Shown here: positions 12,004 through 24,303 of the stretch, piece by piece
Numbering within the stretch: the stretch's first letter is position 1
Layout of the letters: each line of letters starts with the position of its first letter
NCBI GenBank assembly: GCA_001179505.1
Contig: CDMY01000344.1
Location: 47,655 to 111,654, forward strand
Length of the DNA stretch: 64,000 nt
Origin: Vitrella brassicaformis CCMP3155
Taxonomy: Eukaryota; Protista; Chromerida
Reading direction: 5' to 3'
The notes under the pieces: model-generated
The model's database searches: none
What the model was told of the DNA's origin: nothing
The model's input: the letters and a program-made list of their open reading frames with translations, nothing else
Position numbers and translations under genes: made by a program

Positions 12004-15000
12004 ATGCAGCCTAGTGCCCGCCTCCTCCTCGGTGCCCTGCTGTCTGCTGTCACCCTCACGAGTGCCGGGGCAGCTCACGGTAAGCAATCACTACCAAACA
12101 CGCTTACACGTGCCATATGGGCATTGCAGATCTGAAGGCACCCCTCCAGCCGTTTCTCTCTCACCAGAGGAGCGCATATGGCCACCTGCATAAGGATAAT
12201 GTCACCTCAGCTGAGCGACCTTCAGGCGGAATCGTTCGTCGTGTGGATGAGATGGATAAGCCGGGAGGTGACAGCAGAGAGTATCGCACTATAACGCTCA
12301 AGAACCAATTGGAGGCGGTGCTTGCGTCGGATATGAATGAGGAGTTCGGCACTATGGCACTGCGCGTCAAAGCCGGAAGGTGCGCCTGCGAGAGAGGGGA
12401 GACATAGATGTCTCATACATGTGTGTGGTGCCTGTGCGTGTCTGTCTTTGTCTTTTTCTATCTTTATCTGTGCGCACAGTTTCCAGGTAGGCGCTGGGCC
12501 TTTGTCTCCTCGAATATGCTCGTGTCTCTTCCTTCTCGCCGGCAGGACCCCGATGAGCTGCCCGGCCTGGCCCATCTGCTGGAGTGAGTGAGTCGGCGCA
12601 ACCTGCACACAATGCACATCTCTTGGTTGCTCCTTGACGTCGATGGGTGGGTGCATTGGCTGCCACAGGCACCTTGTGCATCACCTGTCGGTCCCGACCG
12701 ATAAGCACCCCTACTCGGTGTACAAGCATTTGAGTATCATCGGTGGAGACAACGACGCGTTCACAGTGGCAGGTCAGTCCATTGCGTGGTCGGCAGATAG
12801 GGAGGCTCCTTCGTATCAAGGTGGTGATTGCCACTGATTGCACCGCGCCAGATTGTTGCGCGTGTGTGCAGAGGGCACTTTCTTTCAGTTTCAAGTGCCG
12901 AAGAAACACATGCAGGACGCGCTCAAGAGGTACATACAGACATGCAGGCAGGCAGGCATCGGCCCATCTGTGTGTGTAATGTCTCACCACTTTCTCTGTG
13001 TATGTAGATTTGCCGATATGTTTATCATGAAGGAACACGTCTTCACTGACGAGACCATCAAGTCGGAGATCACTGCCGTCAACAACGACTTCAATGCCTT
13101 TCTACAGAATGAGAAGTGGCGCGTCCCACATATGACGAAAGTAGCCGCTAACCACCAACATCCCCATTCTCGTTTCGACCCTGGCAATAGGGCATCACTC
13201 GACAAGGGGATTAGCAAGGTGACGGCGCGAGCAGGCATATGTAGCTCAGCATTCATTGCCATGTGCATGTTTGGCACAGGTGCGCAAGGCGTTGGTAGGT
13301 TTCTTCAATCAGTTCTACTCCGCTAATGCCATCAAACTGTCTCTAATTGGACCCTTCCCACTAGATAAGCTGCAGAAATGGGTCGTGCAGGTAGCAAGCG
13401 AATCGAACACGTGACTGTCGAGACACTTCAGGTGTCCCTACTGACTTCTCCACTTATCTGCATTCAGTACTTTTCGCCGATCCCCAACCGACAGATTCCA
13501 CTGACCCACTCTTATCCAGTCACGCCTTATGAATTCGGCACTTTGGGCATCCGCTATGACGTGGTCCCTGCCCTCAAGGACGTCAACAGAATGCTGCTGT
13601 ACTTCCCGTACACTCCCGAAGGGATTGTTGTGCCGGGCGCGCCGCCACGGAACTTCAAGTGGGCGAGAATCGATAGAGAGAAAGGGGACTTTCATCACTG
13701 TGTGTCCCTTTTGTTTGGTCATGCATGTCAGGGAGAGCAAGCCGGAGCAGTACATACTGTCCCTTATCAACTACCGCGGTCCCGGCTCGCTGTCAAGGGT
13801 CTTGATTGAGAGGGGGTGGGCCACTCGGTTGGAGGCCAAGCTCACGGAAGAATCAGGCGACCTGTGTGAAGCATCGGACGACCTCGCCGCATTCAAGTCA
13901 GACAGACAGACAGTCTCTAACTTTGTCCACCAAAGTTAGAGACACCAAAACCTTACGTCTCTGCGTCTTGTGTGATGTAGGATTGAGATTCGCTTGACGA
14001 GGAACTTCTGTGAAGCATCAGGGGAGCGGGCCGTTGATTCGGAGCTCGAGTTGTTCTTCCACTTCCTCCATCTCATGCGCCGAGAGGGGTCCGACCTGGA
14101 GCGCTTCACCACGCTGGCGAACGAGAAGAGAGCTCAGTGGGATGAAGCCCCGGGAGACGATGCAGAGGCAAGTTCACGGCACAACGGACATGTGTAGGCG
14201 TCGATGGGTCTACATCATATCTGTGTGGGACGCGAGCAGAAGATTGTCGAGAGCCTTTTCCACTTTCCCCCGCCACGCACAATGAGCGGCCCCTCCCTTT
14301 TGGACAAGTGGAGCCCTGAAGACATCAGCTTCATGCTGGACAGGGTTCTCACGCCAGACAACATCATCGCCATCGTAGCATCAAAGACCCTGTTCAGCGA
14401 GAAATCGAGGACACAGAAGGTCTGCCATCACACTTAAAGGACCTTGCCTCCTTTGACTGGGCCGCTGTTCGTCTTTCCACAGCAATGGAAGACCGAGCAG
14501 TGGTACAAGATCGTCTACAGGGGTACAAATATCAGCTCCGAGCTCAAAGCCAGATGGCGCAGCCCTCCGGCCGTCGACAAGAGGCTGAAGCTGCCCGGTC
14601 CAAACCCGTTCACGGCAGGGGAGATGGTGAAGATAAAGGGCAAGGGCGAGGGAGACACCTCCCCCAAAAGATCGCTGTACAAGCTGACGCATAGATTCGT
14701 CGAGCTAATCGTTCAGCGGTCTTACTACGTATGCATACGGAGCAAGCCAGCCCCTGCCGCCCCCTTTCGCATTGCTGCACATGTGTGATGCAGGACGTCA
14801 GTGGGGCTGTTCTCGTCGTCCTCACGCTGCCTGAGCTGGGAAGCGGCAGCCGAGAGCAGTTCATGGTCGACCTGTACATCAAGCTCATCACGGACCGAAT
14901 GGATGAGACCACATACATGGCCAGTAAGACAGGTACGAATCGACAGATCGATGGATCGGTGGAGACATGCTGATTGGCTTGCTTGCGAGAGTGCGGTGCA

Positions 15001-16894
15001 GGCATTGACTCATCCATAGAGTTCGACATGGTCGAGAACCACATCCTTATCAAGTTCTCGCGGATTGCCGGGCAGAACATTCAGCGGCTGCTTCAGTCTT
15101 ACCTCGAGACGATGAAACGCATCTGGGAGGAATACGGCAGCACCAGGCTGAGCACCGAGCTGCAGGAGAGGTTTGAATATGTGCGTCTCAACACTCTCGA
15201 GAAGAAACTGAACAAGCAACGGTCCGCCTTGGCGCAGAAACTTGCACAGTAAGTGAGCCTCCAGCGCCATTTCTGCTATCGATTGTCTGCTTCTTCCTCT
15301 CCGTCCGTGCAGCAAATCGATGGACGAGGTCTTGTCAGGGTATTCCTTCAGTCGGCATGTGGAGTTCCTTCTCTCCGAGGCAACGCCCACCGCCATAGCT
15401 GACCTCGTCGGATCGGTTCTCGCCAGGATCGACATAACCGTCTTCGCATCAGGCAACTGGAATGACAAGGAGGCCAAGCGGATGGCGCAGCTTGTCTCGG
15501 ATGTCCTGGGAAGTGACGCACTGGAGGCCGACGAGAAGCCCACGAGACAGAGCATCCAGATTCCGCTCGGTCAGAGGGGCGTCGTGGTATCCCGACAAGG
15601 CGTCAGCAGGGCATCAGGCTTCGAGATTTTCTTGCAAGTAGGCCAGGGGGACGGGCTGGCTGATCGATCGGTGTGTGTCTCGTCTTTGTCTGTCTTTGTC
15701 TTTCCTGCGACACAGGTGGGACACTTCCCCGGCAAAGCAGACACCACAATGGCGAAAAACGTCCTGCTGCAACAGTTGACGGAGCTCGTAACCAGGCTGG
15801 CCTTCATGTAAGCGACACCCGCCACGCCACAGGTCCACGTCCGACTTGCCCCACAGGTCAGCGTTCGAGATGCTGCGGTTGGAGCAGAATTTGTGCTATC
15901 ACATCCTGGCTAGTTCTTGTGACAACTATGGCGTGCGGGGCGTCAGCCTGTACCTGCAGTCGACCGATCACGGCCCGGCAGATGTCGAGCAGCACGTCGA
16001 GACATGGCTGGGCAGATTCAGGCATGTGCAGACACACACACACTGTGTGTTTGTACAGTCCGTGTGTGTGGGTGCAGGAGGGAGCTGAAGGATATGAGTC
16101 CGCAGGCCTTCAAGGACTACCTTGAGGGATACACCACAAACGCGCGGCAGCTCGAGACACTGTAAGTCAGCCCGCCAATGGATGTCTCTCTCCCTCCCTC
16201 CGTCCACATATCTGTGTGAGTGCGTGTGTGCAGCATGTCTGCTGAGGTCATCTCACGTGCCTTCCTCTTCAATCGCGATGAGGAGGCCATGAATGCCCTC
16301 CAAAAAATCACAAAGGCACGCACACGACACAGAAAGAAAGAACCAGCCTGCCATCCAGCTGGTCCACTCTCATTTGGTGTCTCAGAGCATGGTTCTTGAG
16401 TTTGTGGACAAGTACATGGCTTTTGACGCGCCACACCGGCGAAAGGCTGTCTCATTTATCTGGGGGACACATCTGCAAAAGGAGCACCAGCAGTTTGTCG
16501 AAAATCAGAGGAACCAGGGCTTCACCGTCCTACAAAGCTCCGACGAGGCATGCATCCCACCAACACCAGCACACAAATGCATCGCCGTGGCTGTCTGTCT
16601 CTGTGTCCCTGTCTCTGTGTGCCCATGCAGGTTGAAGCCTTTCGCGCTGGTTTGGAACGTTGGCCCCCTCGCCCCTCTGCGCATCCCGAGTGGACAGCAC
16701 AGACACAGACACTCAGGAAGGGGGGGCAGGCACAGACAGCCACGAAGAGAGGCACAAGAAGGTCAGCTGGAGAGGGCGAGACGGCCGCCAAGGTCAAGAG
16801 AGAAGAGCCGGCAGAGACACCCGGTGGCCGCCGAACCGCACGGGGTAGAAGAACACAGCCCAGCAGGTCGATCTCACGGATGGAAGTTACCTGA
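12004..16894 (+). CDS. Secreted insulinase-family (M16A) metalloprotease, ~20 exons
   Basis: Signal peptide MQPSARLLLGALLSAVTLTSAGA. DPDELPGLAHLLE|HL gives HXXEH across intron 12584-12668. Also GGDNDAFT, SEITAVNND, HPHSRFDPGNRASL, FYSANAIKL, YILSLINYRGPGSL, FEMLRLEQNLCY. Confidence 0.93.
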
Positions 16895-18734
16895 GCTACC
16901 AACCGGGTGACTTTGTTGTTCTGATGCTGGAGAGATGTGTTGTGTTGTGTTGTGTTGTGCTGTGTGTGACAAATGAATGGGTCGGATGGGAGCGCGACGG
17001 TGTAAATGTGGGTCGTTGCATTTGGCGGCTTTCAGTAAGCAAGCTATGCGTTTCGTCCATCTGTCTTCATTGACATTCGAGTGAGACCACCAGGACAATG
17101 AATGAAGGAGCACCGCCCGTGTCTTATGCAACGCATTCACGCAGTGCGTAGCCTGTCTGTCTGTCTGTCTCTCTCTCTCTCTTGCCCACTCAGCACGACC
17201 ACATCTGTGCCTTTCTCACTTCCCACATACCCTTTGTGCCTGCCCTTGGGAACCATCAAGGAAAAGATGAAGGCATGGAATTCGACAGGGATCATAGCTG
17301 TGCAGCCATCCCAGCCAAATCACACACCCTCACGATCTCGAATGACAGCCATTCAGGGATCAAGAATATGAGACAGAATCTCATTTGGGAGGACGGATGC
17401 AGCCCACACCCCTCTCCCTCTCCCTCTCTCTCTTACGAGACGGAATCAACAAAACTGACAGACAGGCCAAAATCGCATATATCCCCTCTCACGGCAGCCA
17501 GCCACCCACCCACAAGGTCTGTCAATCTAGGTATCTGTACAATCAAGACACGAACAAGGAAGGAGCGCTATGGTGGGACCCGTCGCCACCTGTCACTCAC
17601 TCTCTGTCGGACCAGACACTTGGTTAAAACAGGAATGCCCATAACCAGCGAAAGGACGCTTCCCTGCCCGCCCCCTGACCCACCCGGCCACCGACCCACC
17701 CTCCCTCTCTCTCATTGTCTCTCGCACACACATAAGTCAGTCAGTGATGGGCAAGCCAGTGAATTCCGGTCCCATCCATCATCAGGTCTCACACATGTTT
17801 TAGTCCTGATGTATGTGTGAATGAATGAAGGTAAGTGCCCTCGCCTGTCTGCCGTGCTGTACAGGAAGGAAAAGGCAGGCGAGATGACAAGTCGAAAGGC
17901 GGCCGACAGAGCGGCAGGCAGACAGGCAGGCAGGCAGGTAGGTGTATATGAGCGAGCATCTTAAATATGAAGACAAGGAAACAGACAGACAGACAGACCG
18001 ACAGACAGACGGACGGACAGAACAGGCGCAACACAGGCAGGCAGGCAGGCATAGAGAGGACACCCCCCCCCCCGTCTGTGAATGAATGGCGTCGTACTGG
18101 TGGCCTGCCGACACCCTCCCGTTACCCTGGCTAAATACCATTCCCATCCATCCATTCACCCCCTCCGCCGGAGACATGACCATGACCATGACCATGACGC
18201 ACGCACAGCCCTGTCATCTCCTGGCCGGGCGGTAGTGTAGGGTGAGCGACTCTCCGCCCTGACGGAGAATTGCTCGCCCTTCACCCCACAGCAGCAAGGA
18301 GACGACAGTCCACTGGCGACGTCTCACATATGCAGCAAGTAAGTAACACGGCTCTGTGTTCTTTTGCTGACAAGAATCTGTCCGTGTGTGTGTGTGTGTG
18401 TGTGCAACTGCCTTGCCTATGCAGCCCAGCGCATGGCAAGTGCCGACTCCGGGCGAGAGGAACCGAGCATTTGCCATGCACTCAGCCGCTTCAGCAAGAC
18501 AGTCACGCACTGACAGACAGCAGGATCCTGCCGCTTTCCATATGTTGGCGAGGACCACACGCACTCACGAATACGATAGAGACGACGATGCAGTAAGCCC
18601 CCCCTCCGCAGGACTACGAAAAAGACGACCAGGGAGCTCGTCACTGCTATCTCACTCGGCGACACAAATTTATACGCACCGAGGCAAAGCAAACCAACGG
18701 AAAAACAAGCTCTACGCTCGTATAGTGCTAGCCA

Positions 18735-20600
18735 CTATCGCCCCCTAGACGTCGACATGAGCTCCATGATCCGGCTCCTCAGACCCCTTTCCTCCCCATC
18801 TGTCGGGTCGCTTTCACCCTTACCCTCAGCCTCACCCTCGTCATCATTCTCATAGCTCGGCACCCACAGAAATGGGGCCAACGACGTGAGGTACTCACGG
18901 AGGGCCGCATCCGTCTCCTCACCACTCACAGTCGATCCCTCCCTCCTCTCTGCAGATGGTGCGGACACATCCTGATTGCTGCTGCTCTCGGCATTCTCAG
19001 CTGGAGCCGATCCCCCCAGCTCGCTGAGGATGCACGCAGCAATGATCAGCGCGCCGCCGAGGAAATTGCTCTGCCCCAGGCTCTCGCCCAGCAGGAGCAC
19101 CGAGAGCATGGCGGCAAAAAGCGGCTCAGACGAGATGATGACTGACGCGTCGGTGGGCTTGACCTTGGAGAAGGCTTGTGTCTGGAGGATGATCGACAGG
19201 GAGGTGGTGATGAGGCCGGTGTAGGCGATGGACGTCAGGAGGGGGGGCTGCTGCCACAGGGGGGCGAGGGAGGCCAGCATGGTGTCGAGGCCGCCCGACT
19301 GAACTGCTGCCCAGATGAGCGAGCAGAGCCCCACGACGGCCACTTGGGCGGCTGAGATGGCTACAGCGCTGCCCTTGAAGTTGCGCGACACTTTGCCCAA
19401 CCGGATATACGACAAACCGAAAAACACCTGACGCCCACAAAACACAGAACACACATCCATCCGCATCAAGGGTCGTGTGAGCGGTAGTGTGTGTGTGTGT
19501 GTGTGTGGGTGTGGGTGTGGTGTTGACCGGTTGGGCGAGTGCGAAGAGGTCTCCTTCTACAGGGGCCCGAGCGCCGCGCAGCTCTAGGACGCCCACACCA
19601 GCAACCGCCAATAGGGCGGCGCCTAGAGCTGACCTGTCCAGATGCCTCTTCAGCACGCTACTCACCAAGACGACAAACACTACCTGACGGGCAAGGCAAA
19701 CACGAAACACAGAGAGAGATCCAATGCACAATTAATGTCACGCCCGCTCTTGCCCGCCCCACGCATGTGTCCCCGCTCACCTGCAATGAGCATATGAATG
19801 CAGCCTTGTTAGCTGTTGTGGTCGCCAGGGCCAGGGCCTGGCCGATGTAGCCCAATGCGATGTATAGACCACACTCGGCCCCTCCCAGTAATGCGCCAAT
19901 CGGTGCACCCAGGAGAAAAGGGGACAAAGCGAGCGCCTGAAGCGACACACAAGCACCTCCATCTGTTGGATGTAACATTGTTCTCAGCTCCCGCTCCTCG
20001 CCCGCCCACCGCAATAGAGAAACGCCCTGCCGCGTACACACTTGGCTCTACCGCCGCCACCTCCTCTCCCCCTCCCAATGCAAGCTTGATGACGGGAAAA
20101 TTGCTCGCCCAGAGGAACGTCATGACGACCAGCACGCCTTTCCACAGGAGACCCTCAATTGGCACGCCGAACAGCTCCGTTTGTGGCGGCTGCTGTGTGG
20201 GGAGTGGGGCAAACGATGCCTCGAGCTGTGGATCCCTCCTCCTGCCGCTGGTCGTGGGAGGCAGTGACGATGACACGAGGGAATCGACGAGCTCCAGGGG
20301 GTTGGGGATGGCGTCCGTGCGCAGGAGTGGCACACCAGAAGCCTGCAGAAGGAACACATGCGCGTGCCAACACACGTGGCGACCAGAAGATGATAAGATC
20401 TGCCTTTATTTCCTTCGCCTCACGTCTTGCCGAGTCGCCTTTTCGACGCTGCTGTCCATGTCCTGCCTCATCTGTGTCCGAGTCGGCGTCGCCAGCCGCC
20501 TCGTTGCCAGGGCAGGCACACCCACGAACGCGCTGCCGGCTGCAGATGAGGCTCTGGTGAGGGCAATGGTGGCGCCCTGAAGCACGAGAGCAGTCAGCAT
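18735..20600 (-). CDS. EamA/DMT-family transporter with a bipartite (signal + transit) plastid-targeting leader
   Basis: MLTALVLQGATIALTRASSAAGSAFVGVPALATRRLATPTR leader. FLWASNFPVIK, YAAGRFSIA, TTANKAAFICSLQ, EGDLFAL, SIILQTQAFSKVKPTDASVIISSEPLFAA form two EamA repeats. Confidence 0.9.
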
Positions 20601-20798
20601 CACGGGGGAGAGAGAGAGACGGAACGGGAAAGACTGCGAGCTCGGCCATATTAGCTCGCTCTTCGTGAGTCTCCGGTTTTCCTGGTTCTGCTGGCCCCTT
20701 CTCATCTTTCATCGGCTTCCTTCAGCATAAAACGGGAAAAGCGGCGAGTTCTCGTCACAAAATCCATCGGCCGGCCATCCTGTCAGTCATCCTGCGCC

Positions 20799-21762
20799 AT
20801 GATGCTGAATGCACCGAATCCCGAGGACGAGGCCTACCTGCCACTCTCCTACGGCACCATTCGCACGTAGACATCAACACAGAAGCGGCCCTTAATGGCT
20901 GCAAATGGCCATTGCACTGGTCTCTGCTCTCCTGTGTCCTCTGTGTGTGCGATCCAGGTACAATCCCAAGGTCGGCCGCCATCCTTTCTGGCTCACAAAC
21001 GGCCCGTGACACGGCTGCAGGCATTGCATCGGCTCTGTGGGTGGTTTGTTGTGGTTGTGCAGGAGGGCAAGGGGCTGGGGCTGATTGAGTGCGATGACGG
21101 GAGCGAGCCCCTCTCCTTCAGGGAGGAGCATTTCCTCCAGCCGGCGGCGTATGCGCAGTCCGACGATGGCGACGAAACCACACTTAGAGCTCGGCCCGTC
21201 GTGGAGATCGGCATGAGGGTGAGACCTTGAGGGATGTGCGCATCGCATCCAGCCGTGCAAAGGAACGGAACGGAATGGCTCATCACATTCGCCCTGTGTG
21301 TGTGTGTGCGTGCAGGTAGAGTTTCTGATAGAGATGGACACATGTGGGCGCCGTGTGGCCAAGAGCGTCACCCTCCCCCGGCGCAAGTTGGTCAACAGCA
21401 CCATCACACCCGTCGGGCCCGCAGAGGACCACCAGAACCACAGCCATGGCCACCACACCCATCGCAAATGGACCAAGAACTACAACCACGTGCAAGATCA
21501 CACCGGCCCGGCCGGCAGCAGCAGCAACGGCGGCAGCAATGGCAAGGATGCCCCCAATGGCATGGCCAACAACCACATTAACGGCGGGAGCAAGATGCAG
21601 ATGATGCACGAATACGGCGGTGTTGATGGGGGGCACTCGTACTACCATGGCCGTGGGGGCGGCCACGGGCGGCGGGGGAGGGGTGCCTATTGGAAGGGGG
21701 GGAGGGGGCGGGGGGTCTTTCGCGAGGTGACGGACAGAGGACGGGAGGCACTCAAGCAGTGA
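20799..21762 (+). CDS. Cold-shock-domain (OB-fold) protein with His/Asn-rich linker and RGG tail; four exons including a 13-nt micro-exon
   Basis: Exons 20799-20866, 20958-20970, 21063-~21219 and ~21317-21762 splice in frame to GTIRTYNPKEGKGLGLIECDDGSEPLSF...IGMRVEFLIEMDTCGRRVAKSVTLP, which aligns with the CspA pattern. The tail is GRGGGHGRRGRGAYWKGGRGRG. Confidence 0.72.
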
Positions 21763-22607
21763 GTGAGTGAGGGGATAGCTAACTCAGAGAGGGAGGATGG
21801 AGGGTGGGGTGGTTGGTGTACAGCAGATGGACGGACGCGTACATGCCCGTGTGCACGGCTGTGTGTGTGTGTCTGTGTGTGTGTGTGTGGCTTTGTTTGT
21901 GGGTGGCTCTGATGTGACCGACAGTATGGGCGATGCGCGCATGTATGACTGAATGACGGGACAAGGCTCCGTTGATGGATGGATGGATGGATGGGTTGAC
22001 AAGCTGAGTCGAATCCAATCCACTTGACCCGGCCCTTGCCATCGTCACTGTACAGTTCTCACACTCAAATCAAGCAGCTCAATTCAGCAGATAAGTAGCC
22101 ATGGTACGGCGTGGTGAGTCGGCTCGGTCCTACCTCCCTCCCAGCGTGTGTACCGCACCGGCCACTGTTGCCAACGCAGCCAAGTCCCGCTGCATCCACA
22201 CAGTGCCCAAGGCTTCACACACGCAGGGGGGGAGGGGATGGGACAGCCACCCAACCACACAGAACTCTGAAAGGCCAGCAGTATCGACAATATGGCTGGG
22301 AGCGTACCGCACACATCGGATCTGTCTGACCTACACATCTCGCCCCGCTGCTCACACACTCCCTCGTGGCACCCTTCCTGGTGCTGCCGCACAAATGACG
22401 TGCTTCCGCAAACACGCCAGCGCGTCGACACCGAGAAGGGCGACACAAGCAAGTGTGTGTGCGCATGTGCCGCAAACAAAGAAACAAAGAAAAGGGCGAG
22501 CAGACCATCCTCTACATGTCAATCCATCCATCCATCCATCTAGCTCTTCCGGCTATCTCTCGATCGAAACCCTCGTCAGTAAGTCAGCTTTGCATTCCCC
22601 CTCTCTC

Positions 22608-23889
22608 TCACTGGCTGGCCTCCTCACTCTCCTCATCTTTGTCCTCATCGTCATGATCGCCATCACCAGAACCACCAGCGGCGGCTGCCCCACCGTCCTT
22701 GCCGCCATCCTCCTCGTCCGCCCCACCCCCGTCACCCATCTCCTCTTCCTCTTCCTCCCCACAATCGTCAACGTCCATCTCGTCGTCATCGTCACCGGCC
22801 GACTCGTCGCCGCCGCCATCACCCGCGTCATCCTCCTCGTTGCCATCCTCCTCCTCCTCGTCCTCGTCGGCGAGGCCGGTGAAGGCGGGGAATGCGAGTG
22901 CCGTGACGGCCCGGAGCGTGCAGGCGGGAAGGGTGTGGCGGGAGGCGTTGGCCCCGTGGCAGACGGAGAAGAACGCCGCGATCTGCACGCAGGGAGTGTG
23001 GTGCGCGTGGGGGGCAGGCAGGTATGGTGTGTCACCTACCTGTCGTCTGACACGCTTCGGCAACGCCGCGAAGTGAGCCGGCGTGAAGTTCTCCGGCAGC
23101 ACATCTGACCACACAACACACGAACGGTAGACGATACAGACACCACCGTGCCCACATGCTTGGTCTGGCGTCTTACCAGGCACCGGCTTGTCGCAGTGAA
23201 AGCCGATAGAGCTGACACCCACACACAGCACAACAACGCATCCAGGCACATGCACACTCAGCCGTGGCCCCTCTCTCTACCTGAGTGCCCCCCTTACTCG
23301 ATGGATTCGCCGCTTCGACCTATCACGTGTCGTGGCACCACTCCCTCACCTCCATCACACTCGAAACTCCACTCATGCCGCTCGCCTCCATAGGGCCAGA
23401 GTGCATTCCACCCGATGCCGTTGGGGCGGTTGGTGGTGATCCGCAGGACCTTGGCGCATCGGTTGCCGGCCCCGCCAGGGCCGGGAGGGATGGTGTTGCT
23501 GCTGCCTTGGACGTAACTGATGTACTCCCCTGGCTGGAGGGTGAGGGTCTCCGACGAGTGAAGGTGCATGTGCAGCGTGCCGGGCCCTTCGAAGCCGTGC
23601 GTGAGAGTCACACGCTCGCCATCAACCACAGACACGTACGTTGATGAGATCTGCAAACACAAGGAGAAGTGGGCAGAAGGAGGAGAAGAAGACCTGATCT
23701 GCCCTGTCGCAGTGGCTTCCGTGGGTGCGTGTGTATGTGTGTGTGTACCCGTGCTAAGGCATGCGTCCATGGGGTCACTCGGATGGCCGAGAGGCGCCAC
23801 TCATTCACCTCGCGGTCCGCATGACGCTGAATGAGGGTGGCGCGGTCATCGAATGCACCACCACCACTCCCTCCAAAGGTGAATGTCAT
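22608..23889 (-). CDS. Jacalin-like (beta-prism) lectin-domain protein with a short helical module and long acidic tail
   Basis: MTFTFGGSGGGAFDD start, LTLQPGEYISYVQGS, VLRITTNR..PYGG, VIGRSGESIE match the jacalin pattern. Followed by FTPAHFAALPKRVRRQ|IAAFFSV..LPACTLRAV and an ~80-aa D/E/G tail. Confidence 0.7.
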
Positions 23890-24303
23890 ATGACCGTCGC
23901 TGTAGCTACGAAACGTCATTTTTTGTTTTGTGCAGAGATCTTCTGCGCGCTCAGCCGAGGGAGAAAGATCGCAGACACCGATTTGAATTCATCGCAGGAG
24001 GTCTTTCTCCCTCGCAGGCTGTTCACTGTGACTGCCCTGATCACACAATGCTGAAGATCTGCCGGTCTGAGCCCTCCAAAGATCATTCATGAATCTCATA
24101 CCGGTGCGGCTGAATGGATGCGTGTGGGCTTTCTGTTGTGTTGCTGGATGATACAATGCTTCTGGCGCCTCCGGCCCTTATTCCAAGCATTCATCAAAAT
24201 GTCAGTCATAGCTGTCATACACGTACAGCCAGCCATCACATAGCAACATACACAGATGGCGTCCCCCTCCCCCCGGTCTCCCTTACGCCACCCCACCACT
24301 CAC

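Noticed and set aside
16900-18700. ORFs 17182-17820 and 18417-18692 in the long intergenic stretch
   Set aside because: Microsatellite-rich and low-complexity with no domain signal; probably UTR or intergenic. A lncRNA cannot be excluded.
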